The notes beneath the pieces were generated by a model that saw only the letters and a list, made by a program, of their open reading frames with translations, did not search any database and was not told where the DNA came from. From positions 32,001 through 96,000 of the forward strand of contig JBPOGH010000012.1 of NCBI GenBank assembly GCA_051252135.1: a stretch of DNA of 64,000 bases, written 5' to 3'. Position numbers and translations under genes: made by a program. Positions 19,762-30,775 of this stretch are shown here, piece after piece. The stretch's first letter is position 1, and each line of letters starts with the position of its first letter. Origin of the DNA: Verrucomicrobiaceae bacterium. GTDB taxonomy: Bacteria; Verrucomicrobiota; Verrucomicrobiia; Verrucomicrobiales; Akkermansiaceae.

Positions 19762-20958
19762 ATGCCAAGCATCCTCATTCTCACCGGCACCATCGCCCTC
19801 CTGACCTTCCTGGGTTACATGGAGCGCAAACGCCACCGTGCCAATCTTGCCAAGATTCCCGTTCGCGTTCACGTCAATGGAACCCGAGGCAAATCTTCCG
19901 TCACCCGGCTCATCGCCTCCGGCCTCCGCGCTGGCGGTGTCCAGTGTTGCGCCAAGACCACCGGCACCCTTCCCCGCATGATCCTTCCCGACGGTAAGGA
20001 GTTCCCCGTCTTCCGTCCGGCCAAGGCCAACGTCATCGAGCAAATCCGCATCGTCGAGACCGCCGTTCAGTGGAATACCGACGTCCTCGTCATCGAGTGC
20101 ATGGCCCTCCAACCCCGCCTCCAGTGGCTTTGCGAGGACTCACTCGTCAGAGGAACCCACGGCGTCATCACCAACGCACGTGAGGACCACCTCGATGTCA
20201 TGGGCCCCGGCGAAGAAGACGTCGCCAAAGCCCTCGCCGCCATGGTTCCTCAAAATGGCAAGTTCTACACCGCCGAGCGCGAACACCTCGGCATCTTCCA
20301 ATATGCCTGCGATGACCGCGGAACCGAGGTCATCCCCACCACACTCGAGGATGTCGCCACCATCACCGACGAAGACCTCGCCGGATTCCCCTACATCGAG
20401 CACGCCGAAAACGTCGCCCTCGCCCTCCGCATCTGCAGTGACCTCGGAGTCGACAAGCAAACCGCCCTCAAAGGCATGTGGGCCGCCGAGCCCGATCCCG
20501 GTGCCATGACCGCCTACGACATGGACTTCTTCGGCCGCCAACTTCACTTCGTCAATGGCTTCGCCGCCAACGACCCCGAGTCCACCCTCCGCATCTGGCA
20601 AATGGCCATCGACCGCTACCCTGACGCTCAGACCAAAGTCGCCGTCTTTAACTGCCGCGCCGACCGTCCCGACCGCTCACGCCAGCTGGGTGAAGCCGTA
20701 GGCCAATGGCCGCCCGCGGACTACTACGTCCTCATGGGCACCGGCACCTACATCTTCGCCAAAGAGGCCATCAAATCCGGAGTCGACCCCATGAAAATCG
20801 TCTTCGCCGAGGACCGCCGCACCGAAGAAATCTTCGAAGCCTGCGTCCAGGTCGCCGGAGAATCCGCCCTCATCATGGGCATGGCAAACATCGGTGGCCA
20901 GGGACTCGAACTCGTCCGCTTCTTCGCCAACCGCAGTAAATTCGTCGCCTTCAAATAA
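19762..20958 (+). CDS. pgsB: Poly-gamma-glutamate synthase PgsB/CapB
   Basis: N-terminal TM; RVHVNGTRGKSSVTRL, AKTTGT, IECMALQP, TNAREDHLDVMGP, FAANDPES, RADRPDRS. Confidence 0.95.
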   Translation: MPSILILTGTIALLTFLGYMERKRHRANLAKIPVRVHVNGTRGKSSVTRLIASGLRAGGVQCCAKTTGTLPRMILPDGKEFPVFRPAKANVIEQIRIVETAVQWNTDVLVIECMALQPRLQWLCEDSLVRGTHGVITNAREDHLDVMGPGEEDVAKALAAMVPQNGKFYTAEREHLGIFQYACDDRGTEVIPTTLEDVATITDEDLAGFPYIEHAENVALALRICSDLGVDKQTALKGMWAAEPDPGAMTAYDMDFFGRQLHFVNGFAANDPESTLRIWQMAIDRYPDAQTKVAVFNCRADRPDRSRQLGEAVGQWPPADYYVLMGTGTYIFAKEAIKSGVDPMKIVFAEDRRTEEIFEACVQVAGESALIMGMANIGGQGLELVRFFANRSKFVAFK

Positions 20959-20998
20959 CCAACCCGTTTCTCAAAAAACAAACTCTCCTAACAAACAA

Positions 20999-21478
20999 AT
21001 GATTGATCCAGAAATTCTCACCGTCGCCATCGGAGTCGGCCTCGCCGTGAGCTTGTTGTTCTCCGAACTCTTCGGCCTCGCTGCCGGCGGCCTTGTTGTC
21101 CCCGGTTACGTCGCCCTCTTCATCGACCGACCCATCGTCATCATCACCACCCTTCTTATCGCGGTGGCCACCTGGCTCATCGTCAAGCTCCTGGGCTCCA
21201 TGATGATCCTCTTCGGCAAACGCCGCACCGTCCTCGTCATCCTTGTCGCCTACTTGCTCCGCCTCGTGTTCGACTACACCCTTGCCGAGACCTTCGCGAC
21301 CTACGCCCTCGGAGATGACGCCGGACTCATCGTCATCGGTTACATCATCCCCGGCCTCATCGCCCTCTGGTTTGACCGTCAGGGCGTCGGCCAAACCCTC
21401 GCAACCCTCGCCGCCGCCTCGGTAGCCGTCCGCATGATCCTCATCATCCTCTTCGGTGGTGCCATCGTCTTCGGTTAA
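20999..21478 (+). CDS. pgsC: Poly-gamma-glutamate biosynthesis protein PgsC/CapC
   Basis: Start reassigned to MIDPEIL; GGLVVPGYVAL, FGKRR, IGYIIPGLIA..RQG; hydrophobic. Confidence 0.93.
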   Translation: MIDPEILTVAIGVGLAVSLLFSELFGLAAGGLVVPGYVALFIDRPIVIITTLLIAVATWLIVKLLGSMMILFGKRRTVLVILVAYLLRLVFDYTLAETFATYALGDDAGLIVIGYIIPGLIALWFDRQGVGQTLATLAAASVAVRMILIILFGGAIVFG

Positions 21479-21507
21479 CCTTCCCAGCCTCTACCTTTCC
21501 TACTGAA

Positions 21508-22656
21508 ATGAAAAAACTCTACTGGCGGCCCCAAGCCGTCTCCGTCAAAGCCCTCGCCCTCGTTGCCGTCTTCTCTGTTGGAGGAGCCATCGTCGTCGAG
21601 AACTTCAAATCCGAAAACAAGCAATCCGGCTTCGAGGAAAAAATGGAAGCCTCACGGCTCGCCCTCTCCGCCATGGAAAGCCTCCGTGCCGCACGCGTCC
21701 AGGCCGGCTACGAGATCGACCCCACCGTCGACCCCTCCCAATCCGGACTCATCGGACTCCCCATGTCCAGCGTCACCAGCGTCTCCGGCGTTCTTGAAGC
21801 AAAGCAAACCAGCGTGAACCCAAACTTCGCCGCCGTCGTCCTCGAATACCTTCGTCGCGCCGGCGTGAATGAAGGTGACACTGTCGCCGTCGGAGCCTCC
21901 GGATCCTTCCCCGCTCTCAACGTCTGCGTTTACGCCGCCCTCGAGACCCTCAAGGCCAAGCCCATCGTCGTAAGTTCCGCCTCCGCCTCCCAGTGGGGTG
22001 CCAATGTTCCCGAGCTTCTCTGGATCGATATGGAGCGCATCCTTCAAGAAGAAGGTAAATTCTCCTTCCGCTCCGTCGCGGCCTCCATGGGTGGCTTCGA
22101 AGATAGCGGCATGGGCCTCACCGCAGCCGGAAAAGCCGACATCAACAAGGCAATGGAGCGCAACGGATTCACCATCCTGGACCCCAAGCTCGACTTCACC
22201 GCCAAGGTGGACGAACGCTTCAAAATCTACAACTCCGAGGCCAAAGGCGCCCCTATCAAAGCCTACATCAACATCGGTGGTGGCGCCATCTCCAACGGAC
22301 GTTCCGTCGGCAAGCACCTCTTCAACCCCGGCCTCAACAAGCGTGCCCCTCTCGGTGTTCGCAAGGTCGATGGCCTCATGTCCCGCTTCATTGTCGAAGG
22401 CACCCCCGTCATCCACCTCGTCAACATCAACGACCTCGCTGAAAGCTTCGATATCGAACTCAGCCCAAAAATCACCCCGGCCATTGGCAATGCCAGTGTC
22501 TTTAGCAAGGTCGACTACAACCGTTGGCTCGCCGGAGGCATCCTCGTCGGCATCCTCCTCTCCCTCTTCGGCTTCATCCGCTCGGACATTGGCTTCCGCC
22601 TCTTCCAAAGCGCTGGCCCCAAAAAAGGCGGCTCGCACCCCGAGCCCATGGTCTAA
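21508..22656 (+). CDS. pgsW: Poly-gamma-glutamate system protein PgsW
   Basis: DPSQSGLIG, LEAKQTSVNPNFA, SGSFPALN, ASQWGAN, YINIGG; TM at both ends; follows pgsBC. Confidence 0.85.
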   Translation: MKKLYWRPQAVSVKALALVAVFSVGGAIVVENFKSENKQSGFEEKMEASRLALSAMESLRAARVQAGYEIDPTVDPSQSGLIGLPMSSVTSVSGVLEAKQTSVNPNFAAVVLEYLRRAGVNEGDTVAVGASGSFPALNVCVYAALETLKAKPIVVSSASASQWGANVPELLWIDMERILQEEGKFSFRSVAASMGGFEDSGMGLTAAGKADINKAMERNGFTILDPKLDFTAKVDERFKIYNSEAKGAPIKAYINIGGGAISNGRSVGKHLFNPGLNKRAPLGVRKVDGLMSRFIVEGTPVIHLVNINDLAESFDIELSPKITPAIGNASVFSKVDYNRWLAGGILVGILLSLFGFIRSDIGFRLFQSAGPKKGGSHPEPMV

Positions 22657-22684
22657 CCTAAAAAAACACCCCCCCCTTAAATCA

Positions 22685-23344
22685 ATGAAAATCCACCTCC
22701 CGCTCGTCCTCCTCTGCTCGCTCGCCACCCTTCCCCTGTCCGCCCAAAAAGCGGCCGGGGACGGCAAGGCCAAAGCATCGGCAAACAACCCCGTGGACGC
22801 ACACTTCGTCAAGGCCCGCGCCCTCTTCGATCAAAAGAAAATAGGCGAGTCTGCCGAACACATCTACAAGGCCACCGACCTCATCCACAAGCGACTCATC
22901 ACCGCCGACGAACTCCCCACCAAGGGAATCGTCAACACCGCCAACAAACTTGAATCACTCGCGGAAAAGGTCGACAACAACAAGATCAAGGACGGCAAGA
23001 CCCTCGACCGCACCTTCGCCTCAGCCAGTAAAAACCTCGCCAGTTACTACACTCAGGTTGCGGAGACTGCGCACAAGAAAGGCAACAAAAAAGATGCCGC
23101 TGCAGCCATGACCCGCAGCGCCTTCTACCTCGAAAACACCGCCAAGTGGTCAGGCAAAAAACTCAACGCCGAAGAACAGGACTCCATCCTTGGCCTCCGC
23201 AATGCAGGCAACGCCCTCGTCGAGGCAGGTGACAAGGTTGTGAAGATCCCGGCGTCGCTCTTCACCGGAGCTGCGGAACTCCTCGCCAAACTCGGCGGAG
23301 AGGAAGCCATCCCCGTGAAATCGAAGCCAAAGAAAACCAAGTAA
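22685..23344 (+). CDS. Secreted/periplasmic alpha-helical hypothetical protein
   Basis: Real start MKIHLPLVLLCSLATLPLSAQ (signal peptide) lies inside the track ORF 21998..23344; Lys/Ala-rich helical body. Confidence 0.7.
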   Translation: MKIHLPLVLLCSLATLPLSAQKAAGDGKAKASANNPVDAHFVKARALFDQKKIGESAEHIYKATDLIHKRLITADELPTKGIVNTANKLESLAEKVDNNKIKDGKTLDRTFASASKNLASYYTQVAETAHKKGNKKDAAAAMTRSAFYLENTAKWSGKKLNAEEQDSILGLRNAGNALVEAGDKVVKIPASLFTGAAELLAKLGGEEAIPVKSKPKKTK

Positions 23345-23373
23345 AACCCCGGCTCCCGTTTCAGGGCAACCCC

Positions 23374-24132
23374 GTGGAATCAACCCCACTCAGCGAACCG
23401 GGCGCCGTCTCCTTCTCCTTCGAGATCGGACGGCAGCCAAACGATACCACCTGCGGGCCCACCTGCCTTCAGGCGGTTTATCGTTACTACGGACTGCCGG
23501 TTGAAATGGATGACCTCCTTCGGGACATCCCCACCCTTGAGCACGGCGGCACCCTCACCGTCATGCTGGGCCTTCACGCCCTCAGACACGGATTCCAGGC
23601 CACTCTCTACACCTATAACCTCCGCTTTTTCGATCCCTCCTGGTTCTCTCCCGAACCCATCGTCGACCTCGCCGCCAAACTACGCACCCAGGTCCGCATC
23701 CATCCCGACGGCAAGCGAAACCTCGCCGCTCAAGCCTACCTCGAGTTTATCCAGCTCGGCGGAAAGGTCATCATGGAAGACCTCTCTCCGGACCTCCTCA
23801 TCCGTCACCTCTCCCGGAAACAACCCATCCTCACCGGCCTCTCCTCCACCTGGCTCTACCAGTCGAAACGCGAACACCCCGTCACCTGCCTCGAGGATGA
23901 CATCCACGGCGCTCCTGCCGGACACTTCGTCGTCATCAACGGATACAATCCCTCCACTCACGAAGCCCATATCGCAGACCCCTTCGAATACTCCGCCAAA
24001 ACAGGCCAACGCTACTCCGTCCCCCTCATGCGCCTCACCAATGCCGTCCTCCTCGGCATCCTGACCTACGACGCAAACCTCCTGGTCATCCAACCCTGCG
24101 ACCAACATGCCCACTCATCTGATCGTCGTTGA
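23374..24132 (+). CDS. Peptidase C39-like (papain fold) protein
   Basis: QPNDTTCGPTCL (Q..C), GHFVVING (H), IADP (D) catalytic triad. Confidence 0.85.
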   Translation: MESTPLSEPGAVSFSFEIGRQPNDTTCGPTCLQAVYRYYGLPVEMDDLLRDIPTLEHGGTLTVMLGLHALRHGFQATLYTYNLRFFDPSWFSPEPIVDLAAKLRTQVRIHPDGKRNLAAQAYLEFIQLGGKVIMEDLSPDLLIRHLSRKQPILTGLSSTWLYQSKREHPVTCLEDDIHGAPAGHFVVINGYNPSTHEAHIADPFEYSAKTGQRYSVPLMRLTNAVLLGILTYDANLLVIQPCDQHAHSSDRR

Positions 24133-25561
24133 TCGCATCGACGACTGGCCGGAAGCCACCCCGGATGCGCGCATCATCTCCGCATCCGAATACCTCAAGG
24201 ACGACTCCCTCGCCGCCCTCCGCCGCGCACGCGTTTACAACCTCTGCCACTCCTACCGCTACCAAAGCACCGGCTACTACGTCTCCCTTCTCGCCGAAGC
24301 CCGCGGGCACCTCCCCTGCCCCAGCATCACCACCATTCAGGACCTCAAGTTCCAATCCCTCGCCCGCTCACTCTCCGGCGGACTTCAGGACCTCATCACC
24401 CGCTCACTCGCCACCCTAAAAAGCGACCGCTTCACTCTCTCCGTCTACTTCGCAAAAAACCTCGCCAAACGATACGACACCCTCTCCCGCAAGCTCGCCT
24501 CCCGCTTCCCCTCCCCCTTCATCCGCGCCACCTTCAAGCGCACCCGCGGAATCTGGCGCATGGCGGAAATCTCCGCCATCACCACCGCCGATGTCCCCCC
24601 CGGACACTGGCCCTTCATCCACCGCGCCGCCTCCCTCTACTTCCGGCAACCGGAAAAATCCCGCCACGCCAAAACCCCTCGCTTCACCCTCGCCATCCTC
24701 GTCGATCCCTCCGAAAAAAACGCCCCCTCGAACGAGCGGGGACTCAAACGCTTCGGCAGTGCCGCAGCCAGGGCCGGCATCCGGACCGAGCTCATCACCA
24801 AGGCAGATTACAGCCGCCTCCCCCACTTCGATGGCCTCTTCATCCGCACCACCACCTCGGTCAACCACTTCAGCTACCGCTTTGCCCGCTCCGCCGAAGC
24901 CTTCGGCATGACCGTGATCGACTCCTCCACCTCCATCGTCCGTTGCGCCAACAAGGTCTACCTCGCCGAACTCCTCCGCGGACATAAGATCACCACCCCC
25001 AGGACCGCAATCCTCCACCGCGAAAACCTCGACGAAGTCCTCGCGGATATCGGCCTTCCCATGATCCTCAAACTCCCGGACTCCGCATTCTCCCTCGGAG
25101 TCAAAAAGGCCGCCTCCCCCGCGGAATTCGAGACCCTGACCCTCGAAATGCTCAAGCAGTCCGACCTCCTCGTCGCCCAGGAATACCTCCCCACCGACTT
25201 CGATTGGCGCATTGGCATCCTTGATCAACGCCCCTTTTTCGCCTGTAAATACTTCATGGCACGCGGCCATTGGCAGATTTACAACAACGACTCACCCTCC
25301 TCCCGCTCCAAGGAAGGCGGCTTCCGGTGCATCCCCCTCGATCAAGTCCCGCCCCATGTCATCAACACCGCCCTCCGCGCCACCTCCGTCATCGGAGACA
25401 GCCTCTACGGAGTCGACATCAAGGAAATCGGAACCAACGCCATCGTCATCGAAGTCAATGACAACCCCAACCTCGATGCGGATATCGAGGACAAACTCCT
25501 CCGGCGCTCCCTTTGGGATCAGCTCGCCAAAACTTTCCTCTCACGTCTAGAATCACGTTAA
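24107..25561 (+). CDS. RimK-family ATP-grasp ligase with N-terminal RLAN-type domain
   Basis: YNLCHSYRYQSTGYYVSLLAEARGH (RLAN); NKVYLAE, ILKLPDSAFSLGV, QEYLPTDFDWRI, YGVDIK, IEVNDNP. Confidence 0.9.
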   Translation: MPTHLIVVDRIDDWPEATPDARIISASEYLKDDSLAALRRARVYNLCHSYRYQSTGYYVSLLAEARGHLPCPSITTIQDLKFQSLARSLSGGLQDLITRSLATLKSDRFTLSVYFAKNLAKRYDTLSRKLASRFPSPFIRATFKRTRGIWRMAEISAITTADVPPGHWPFIHRAASLYFRQPEKSRHAKTPRFTLAILVDPSEKNAPSNERGLKRFGSAAARAGIRTELITKADYSRLPHFDGLFIRTTTSVNHFSYRFARSAEAFGMTVIDSSTSIVRCANKVYLAELLRGHKITTPRTAILHRENLDEVLADIGLPMILKLPDSAFSLGVKKAASPAEFETLTLEMLKQSDLLVAQEYLPTDFDWRIGILDQRPFFACKYFMARGHWQIYNNDSPSSRSKEGGFRCIPLDQVPPHVINTALRATSVIGDSLYGVDIKEIGTNAIVIEVNDNPNLDADIEDKLLRRSLWDQLAKTFLSRLESR

Positions 25562-25583
25562 CAACAAAAACACCACCATACCC

Positions 25584-26807
25584 ATGTCGTTCCACCTGCT
25601 GCAATACCTCGGCATCGAAATCGAATACATGATTGTCGACCGGGACACCCTCCAGATCCTCCCCATCGCCCACACCGTCCTTCTGGATCTCGATGCCGAC
25701 GATAACGGCGACCTCGTCCGCGGAGAGTTCACTTGGTCCAACGAACTCACCAACCACGTCCTCGAACTCAAAACCTCCGACCCCGAACCCTCCCTCGAAG
25801 GAGTCCACCGGCGCATGGAGGATGAAGTCCGCTGGATGAATGGCCAACTTGCCCTCTCCAATGCCCGCCTCCTTCCCACCTCCATGCACCCCTGGATGGA
25901 CCCCAAAAAGGAAACCGTCCTCTGGCCCCTCGGACACCGGGAAATCTATCGAAAATACGACGAGATCTTCTATTGCCACTCCCACGGCTGGGCCAACGTC
26001 CAAAGCACCCACCTCAACATCTCCTTCATCGGAGACGAGGAATTCGCCAAACTCCACGCCGCCATCCGCATCATCCTCCCCCTCCTCCCCGCCATCTGCG
26101 CCAGCTCCCCCATCATCGAGGGTGACCCCGGGGACGATCTCGACTGCCGACTCGACTTCTACTGGAACAATCAACGATCCATCCCCGCCATCACCGGAGA
26201 AATCATCCCCGAAATCGTCCACAGTCAGGCCGACTACGAAAGACTCATCTACGAGCCCATCCGCTCCTCCATGGCCCTGCACGATCCCGAAGGATTGCTC
26301 GAAGTCGACTTCCTCAACTCCCGTGGAGCCATCGCCCGCTTTGACCGCGGCTCCATCGAAATCCGCGTCATGGATAGCCAGGAATGCCCCCGCGCAGACC
26401 TCGGCATCTCGGAATTCGTCGTCGGTCTCCTCAAATGGCTCGTCGCCCGCACCCCGGACCACCCCCTTCAGGCTGAAACCTCCACCATCGCCCTCGCCCA
26501 ACTCTACCGCGCCGCCATCCACGAAGGACTCAACGCTCCCATCATGCACGAATCCCTCCTCCCACTTTGGGGCATGAAACCCGGAGCCCACTTCACCATC
26601 GGTGACATCATCGCCCACCTCTCCCGTGAACTCGAGGGCTCCATCTCACGCAATGCTGTCGAGGTCATCAATGACATCCTCGAAAACGGAAATCTCGCCC
26701 AACGCATTCTCCGTGACCTGGCCGCCAATGGCGACGACCTCCACCTCACCTACTCCAGGCTCGCCGATTGCCTCATCCACAACCGAATCTTCACCCCCGG
26801 CACATGA
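25584..26807 (+). CDS. Glutamate-cysteine ligase family 2 (GCS2; COOH-NH2 ligase)
   Basis: GIEIEYMIVD, NELTNHVLELKT, MHPWM, QSTHLN, RGAIARFDRGSIEIRVMD. Confidence 0.88.
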   Translation: MSFHLLQYLGIEIEYMIVDRDTLQILPIAHTVLLDLDADDNGDLVRGEFTWSNELTNHVLELKTSDPEPSLEGVHRRMEDEVRWMNGQLALSNARLLPTSMHPWMDPKKETVLWPLGHREIYRKYDEIFYCHSHGWANVQSTHLNISFIGDEEFAKLHAAIRIILPLLPAICASSPIIEGDPGDDLDCRLDFYWNNQRSIPAITGEIIPEIVHSQADYERLIYEPIRSSMALHDPEGLLEVDFLNSRGAIARFDRGSIEIRVMDSQECPRADLGISEFVVGLLKWLVARTPDHPLQAETSTIALAQLYRAAIHEGLNAPIMHESLLPLWGMKPGAHFTIGDIIAHLSRELEGSISRNAVEVINDILENGNLAQRILRDLAANGDDLHLTYSRLADCLIHNRIFTPGT

Positions 26808-27493
26808 AGCTCGTCCTGAGTGCCGAACACGCCGGAAACATCATCCCACCCCCATATCGGCACCTCTTCCCGGATCAAAGCGTCCTCAACACCCACCTCG
26901 CTTACGATCCGGGCACCGCCGCTCTCTTCGACCACCTCGCCCCCCTCACCCCGCACCACCACCGCACCTCCGTCAGCCGACTCCTCATCGAGGCCAACCG
27001 CTCACTCCATCACCCCAAGCTCTTCTCATCCCACACCACGCACCTCTCCAAAGCCGAAAAACAAACCCTCATCGGCGAACACTACCTCCCCTACCGAAAC
27101 GCCGTCCAAACAGACATCCGCACCCTCATTCAAGCCGGAGAACACGTCCTCCACCTCTCACTTCACTCCTTCACCCCCCAACTCAACGGACATATCAGGG
27201 CCTGTGACCTCGCCCTCCTCTACGATCCCTCCCGAATCGGAGAGAAAAACCTCTCCTCCCAATTCCTCGCAGAGCTCCACCACAAACAACCCCGGCTCCG
27301 CCTCCGCAAAAACTTTCCCTACCGGGGCACCGCCGATGGCTTCACCACCGCACTCCGCAAAACTTTCCCCTCCGCCTACCTCGGTATCGAACTCGAGATC
27401 AACCAGGCCCTCATCGCCCAAAAATCCCCCCAACGCACCCGGCTCTTTAACACCCTCTCCTCCCTATTGAGCCACCTCTGCGATCCGGACTAA
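26804..27493 (+). CDS. N-formylglutamate amidohydrolase family
   Basis: Start MKLVLSAEHAGN overlaps the upstream stop (ATGA); HLAYDPG, SRLLIEANRS, SLHSFTP, NFPY, IELEINQ. Confidence 0.88.
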   Translation: MKLVLSAEHAGNIIPPPYRHLFPDQSVLNTHLAYDPGTAALFDHLAPLTPHHHRTSVSRLLIEANRSLHHPKLFSSHTTHLSKAEKQTLIGEHYLPYRNAVQTDIRTLIQAGEHVLHLSLHSFTPQLNGHIRACDLALLYDPSRIGEKNLSSQFLAELHHKQPRLRLRKNFPYRGTADGFTTALRKTFPSAYLGIELEINQALIAQKSPQRTRLFNTLSSLLSHLCDPD

Positions 27494-27879
27494 ACCTCCG
27501 TCCCCCGCTCCCCCTCTTGCTGACTCAGCAACCGCCCCACCGTTTCCAGCAACTCGGGAAACTCAAAGGGCTTCTGTAAAAACACATTCGCACCCGCATC
27601 CACCATCGCCTCCTGCCGATCCTCCGCACTGATCCCGATGATCGGGAGCTTCCGGAACTTCTTCCGTAGATCCCTCACCGCCTTCTCCCCCCGCATCCCC
27701 GGCAAATTGGAATCGATGATCAACAAATCCGGCTTCACTACCCCAAATGTCACCAGACACGACTCGGCATCCTCCAGCGCCACCGCATGATATCCCATTG
27801 CATTGAATATCTCCACCGCGCAGTCAGCGAAACTGGTGGAATCATCCACCACCAATATCTCCGTCACATCAGCTTTCAT
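27490..27879 (-). CDS. Single-domain response regulator (CheY-like)
   Basis: ILVVDD, LIIDSNLPGMRG, IGIS, FLQKPF. Confidence 0.9.
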   Translation of the reverse strand: MKADVTEILVVDDSTSFADCAVEIFNAMGYHAVALEDAESCLVTFGVVKPDLLIIDSNLPGMRGEKAVRDLRKKFRKLPIIGISAEDRQEAMVDAGANVFLQKPFEFPELLETVGRLLSQQEGERGTEV

Positions 27880-27889
27880 ACCTCACTTT

Positions 27890-27906
27890 TGCACTCCCGG
27901 TGCCAA
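27890..27906 (-). promoter_or_regulatory. Putative sigma54 promoter of the CheY-like gene
   Basis: - strand TTGGCACCGGGAGTGCA (TGGCAC-N5-GTGCA); predicted +1 falls on the ATG at 27879; IHF-like AATCAAGGATTTT at 27921-27933. Confidence 0.65.
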
Positions 27907-28019
27907 TTCTTAAAAACTCCAAAATCCTTGATTCTAAAAGACATCCCAAACATTACCCCCAACCCAACCACAATTTTTCATGTATCGGGAGTGGGCAAGC
28001 TGCGCCCTTACTTTACAAT

Positions 28020-29351
28020 GTGCCCGTGCCCGGTTCCCGTCAGCCTCTAAAACTCCTCGTTTCCGTCTTCCTGCTCCTCCTCTTGGTCGCCATTACCATC
28101 ACCTCCATCGTGGGTATTCGCTCCATCGGCCGCATCGATGAAATCAATGCCGCCTCCAAGGAACTCGACGAACGAAACCTCAAATTCGCCCCCTCCCTCC
28201 GCTCCCAAATCTACCGCCTCCACGCCGCCGCACAACGGGACCTCCTCGAGCACCAGGACTCTCCCTCCCATCGCTACCTCCACCTCAAGTCCGAACTCCT
28301 CGACTACCTCGAAAGCAAAGCCTCCAGCTTCAACCACGGCGACGAAGAGGAGCTCTACACAGCCCTCCGCAGCAAGCTCACCCTCTTTCTCGGCCAGCTC
28401 GACCACCTCCGCGAGCAAACTCCCGCCGACCAACCCCGTTTCTCGGCCGAAATCCAGGAAACCCGGGACGAGCTTATCGAAAGCATCCAGCAACTCGGAG
28501 ACTCCCGCCGCGCCACCTTCAATACCTCCGTTCAGGAATACAAATCTCTGGTCGATCGCGTCCGCGTCATCATCCCCATCGCCCTCGTCTCCCTGATTCT
28601 CTCTCTTCTCGTCATCGCCTGGCTCGCTCGCGCCGCCTTCCTCCGCCCGATTCAAGACAGCCTCGCCGCAGCTCAAAAATCCGTCTCCACCCGCGATAAC
28701 CTCGCCACCATCGGAACCCTCGCCTCCGGCGTCGCCCACGAAATCCGAAACCCCATCACCACCATCAAGGCCCGCCTCTTCGCCATGAATGAGCTCTCAC
28801 GCGGAAATGAAAGCCTCACCCGCCAAGTCGATGCCATCCAGGGGGAAACCAACCGCATGGAGCGCCTCATTCAGGATTTTCTCCAATTCGCTCGCCCTGC
28901 CGAAACTGAACTCCAGTCACTCGACCTCACCCACTTCCTCGAAGAAATCCACAATCTCGTAACTCCCGAAATGAACCAACGGGAGATTGCCTTCCAGCTC
29001 GGAACCCTCGATCCCGCCCCCCTTCGCGCTGACTCCGAACAACTCAAACAAGTCCTCCTCAACCTCCTTCGCAATGCCGCAGAAGCATGCCTCCCCGAGG
29101 GCGGACAAGTCATCCTCTCCTCCTCCCGCAACGCCAACCGCGTCGATATCCAGGTAAGCGACAATGGCAGCGGCATCCGGCAGGAGCACCGCAGTCGGGT
29201 CTTCGACCCCTTCTTCAGCAAAAAAAAGGGCGGCACCGGACTCGGCCTCGCCATCTGCCGAAACATCATCGAAGCCCACCACGGCTCCCTCACTTTCGAG
29301 AGTGATGAAGACCGGGGCACCACCTTTACCATCTCCCTCCCCATCGCCTAA
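28020..29351 (+). CDS. Membrane sensor histidine kinase
   Basis: Two TM helices around a periplasmic four-helix region; H-box GVAHEIRNP, NLLRNA, DNGSG, GTGLGLAI; GTG start approximate. Confidence 0.9.
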   Translation: MPVPGSRQPLKLLVSVFLLLLLVAITITSIVGIRSIGRIDEINAASKELDERNLKFAPSLRSQIYRLHAAAQRDLLEHQDSPSHRYLHLKSELLDYLESKASSFNHGDEEELYTALRSKLTLFLGQLDHLREQTPADQPRFSAEIQETRDELIESIQQLGDSRRATFNTSVQEYKSLVDRVRVIIPIALVSLILSLLVIAWLARAAFLRPIQDSLAAAQKSVSTRDNLATIGTLASGVAHEIRNPITTIKARLFAMNELSRGNESLTRQVDAIQGETNRMERLIQDFLQFARPAETELQSLDLTHFLEEIHNLVTPEMNQREIAFQLGTLDPAPLRADSEQLKQVLLNLLRNAAEACLPEGGQVILSSSRNANRVDIQVSDNGSGIRQEHRSRVFDPFFSKKKGGTGLGLAICRNIIEAHHGSLTFESDEDRGTTFTISLPIA

Positions 29352-29354
29352 GAT

Positions 29355-30773
<1,419 letters not shown>

Positions 30774-30775
30774 CC

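Noticed and set aside
21998..22684. N-terminal half of the 448-aa track ORF
   Set aside because: Off-frame shadow of pgsW; the real gene starts at 22685 with a signal peptide.
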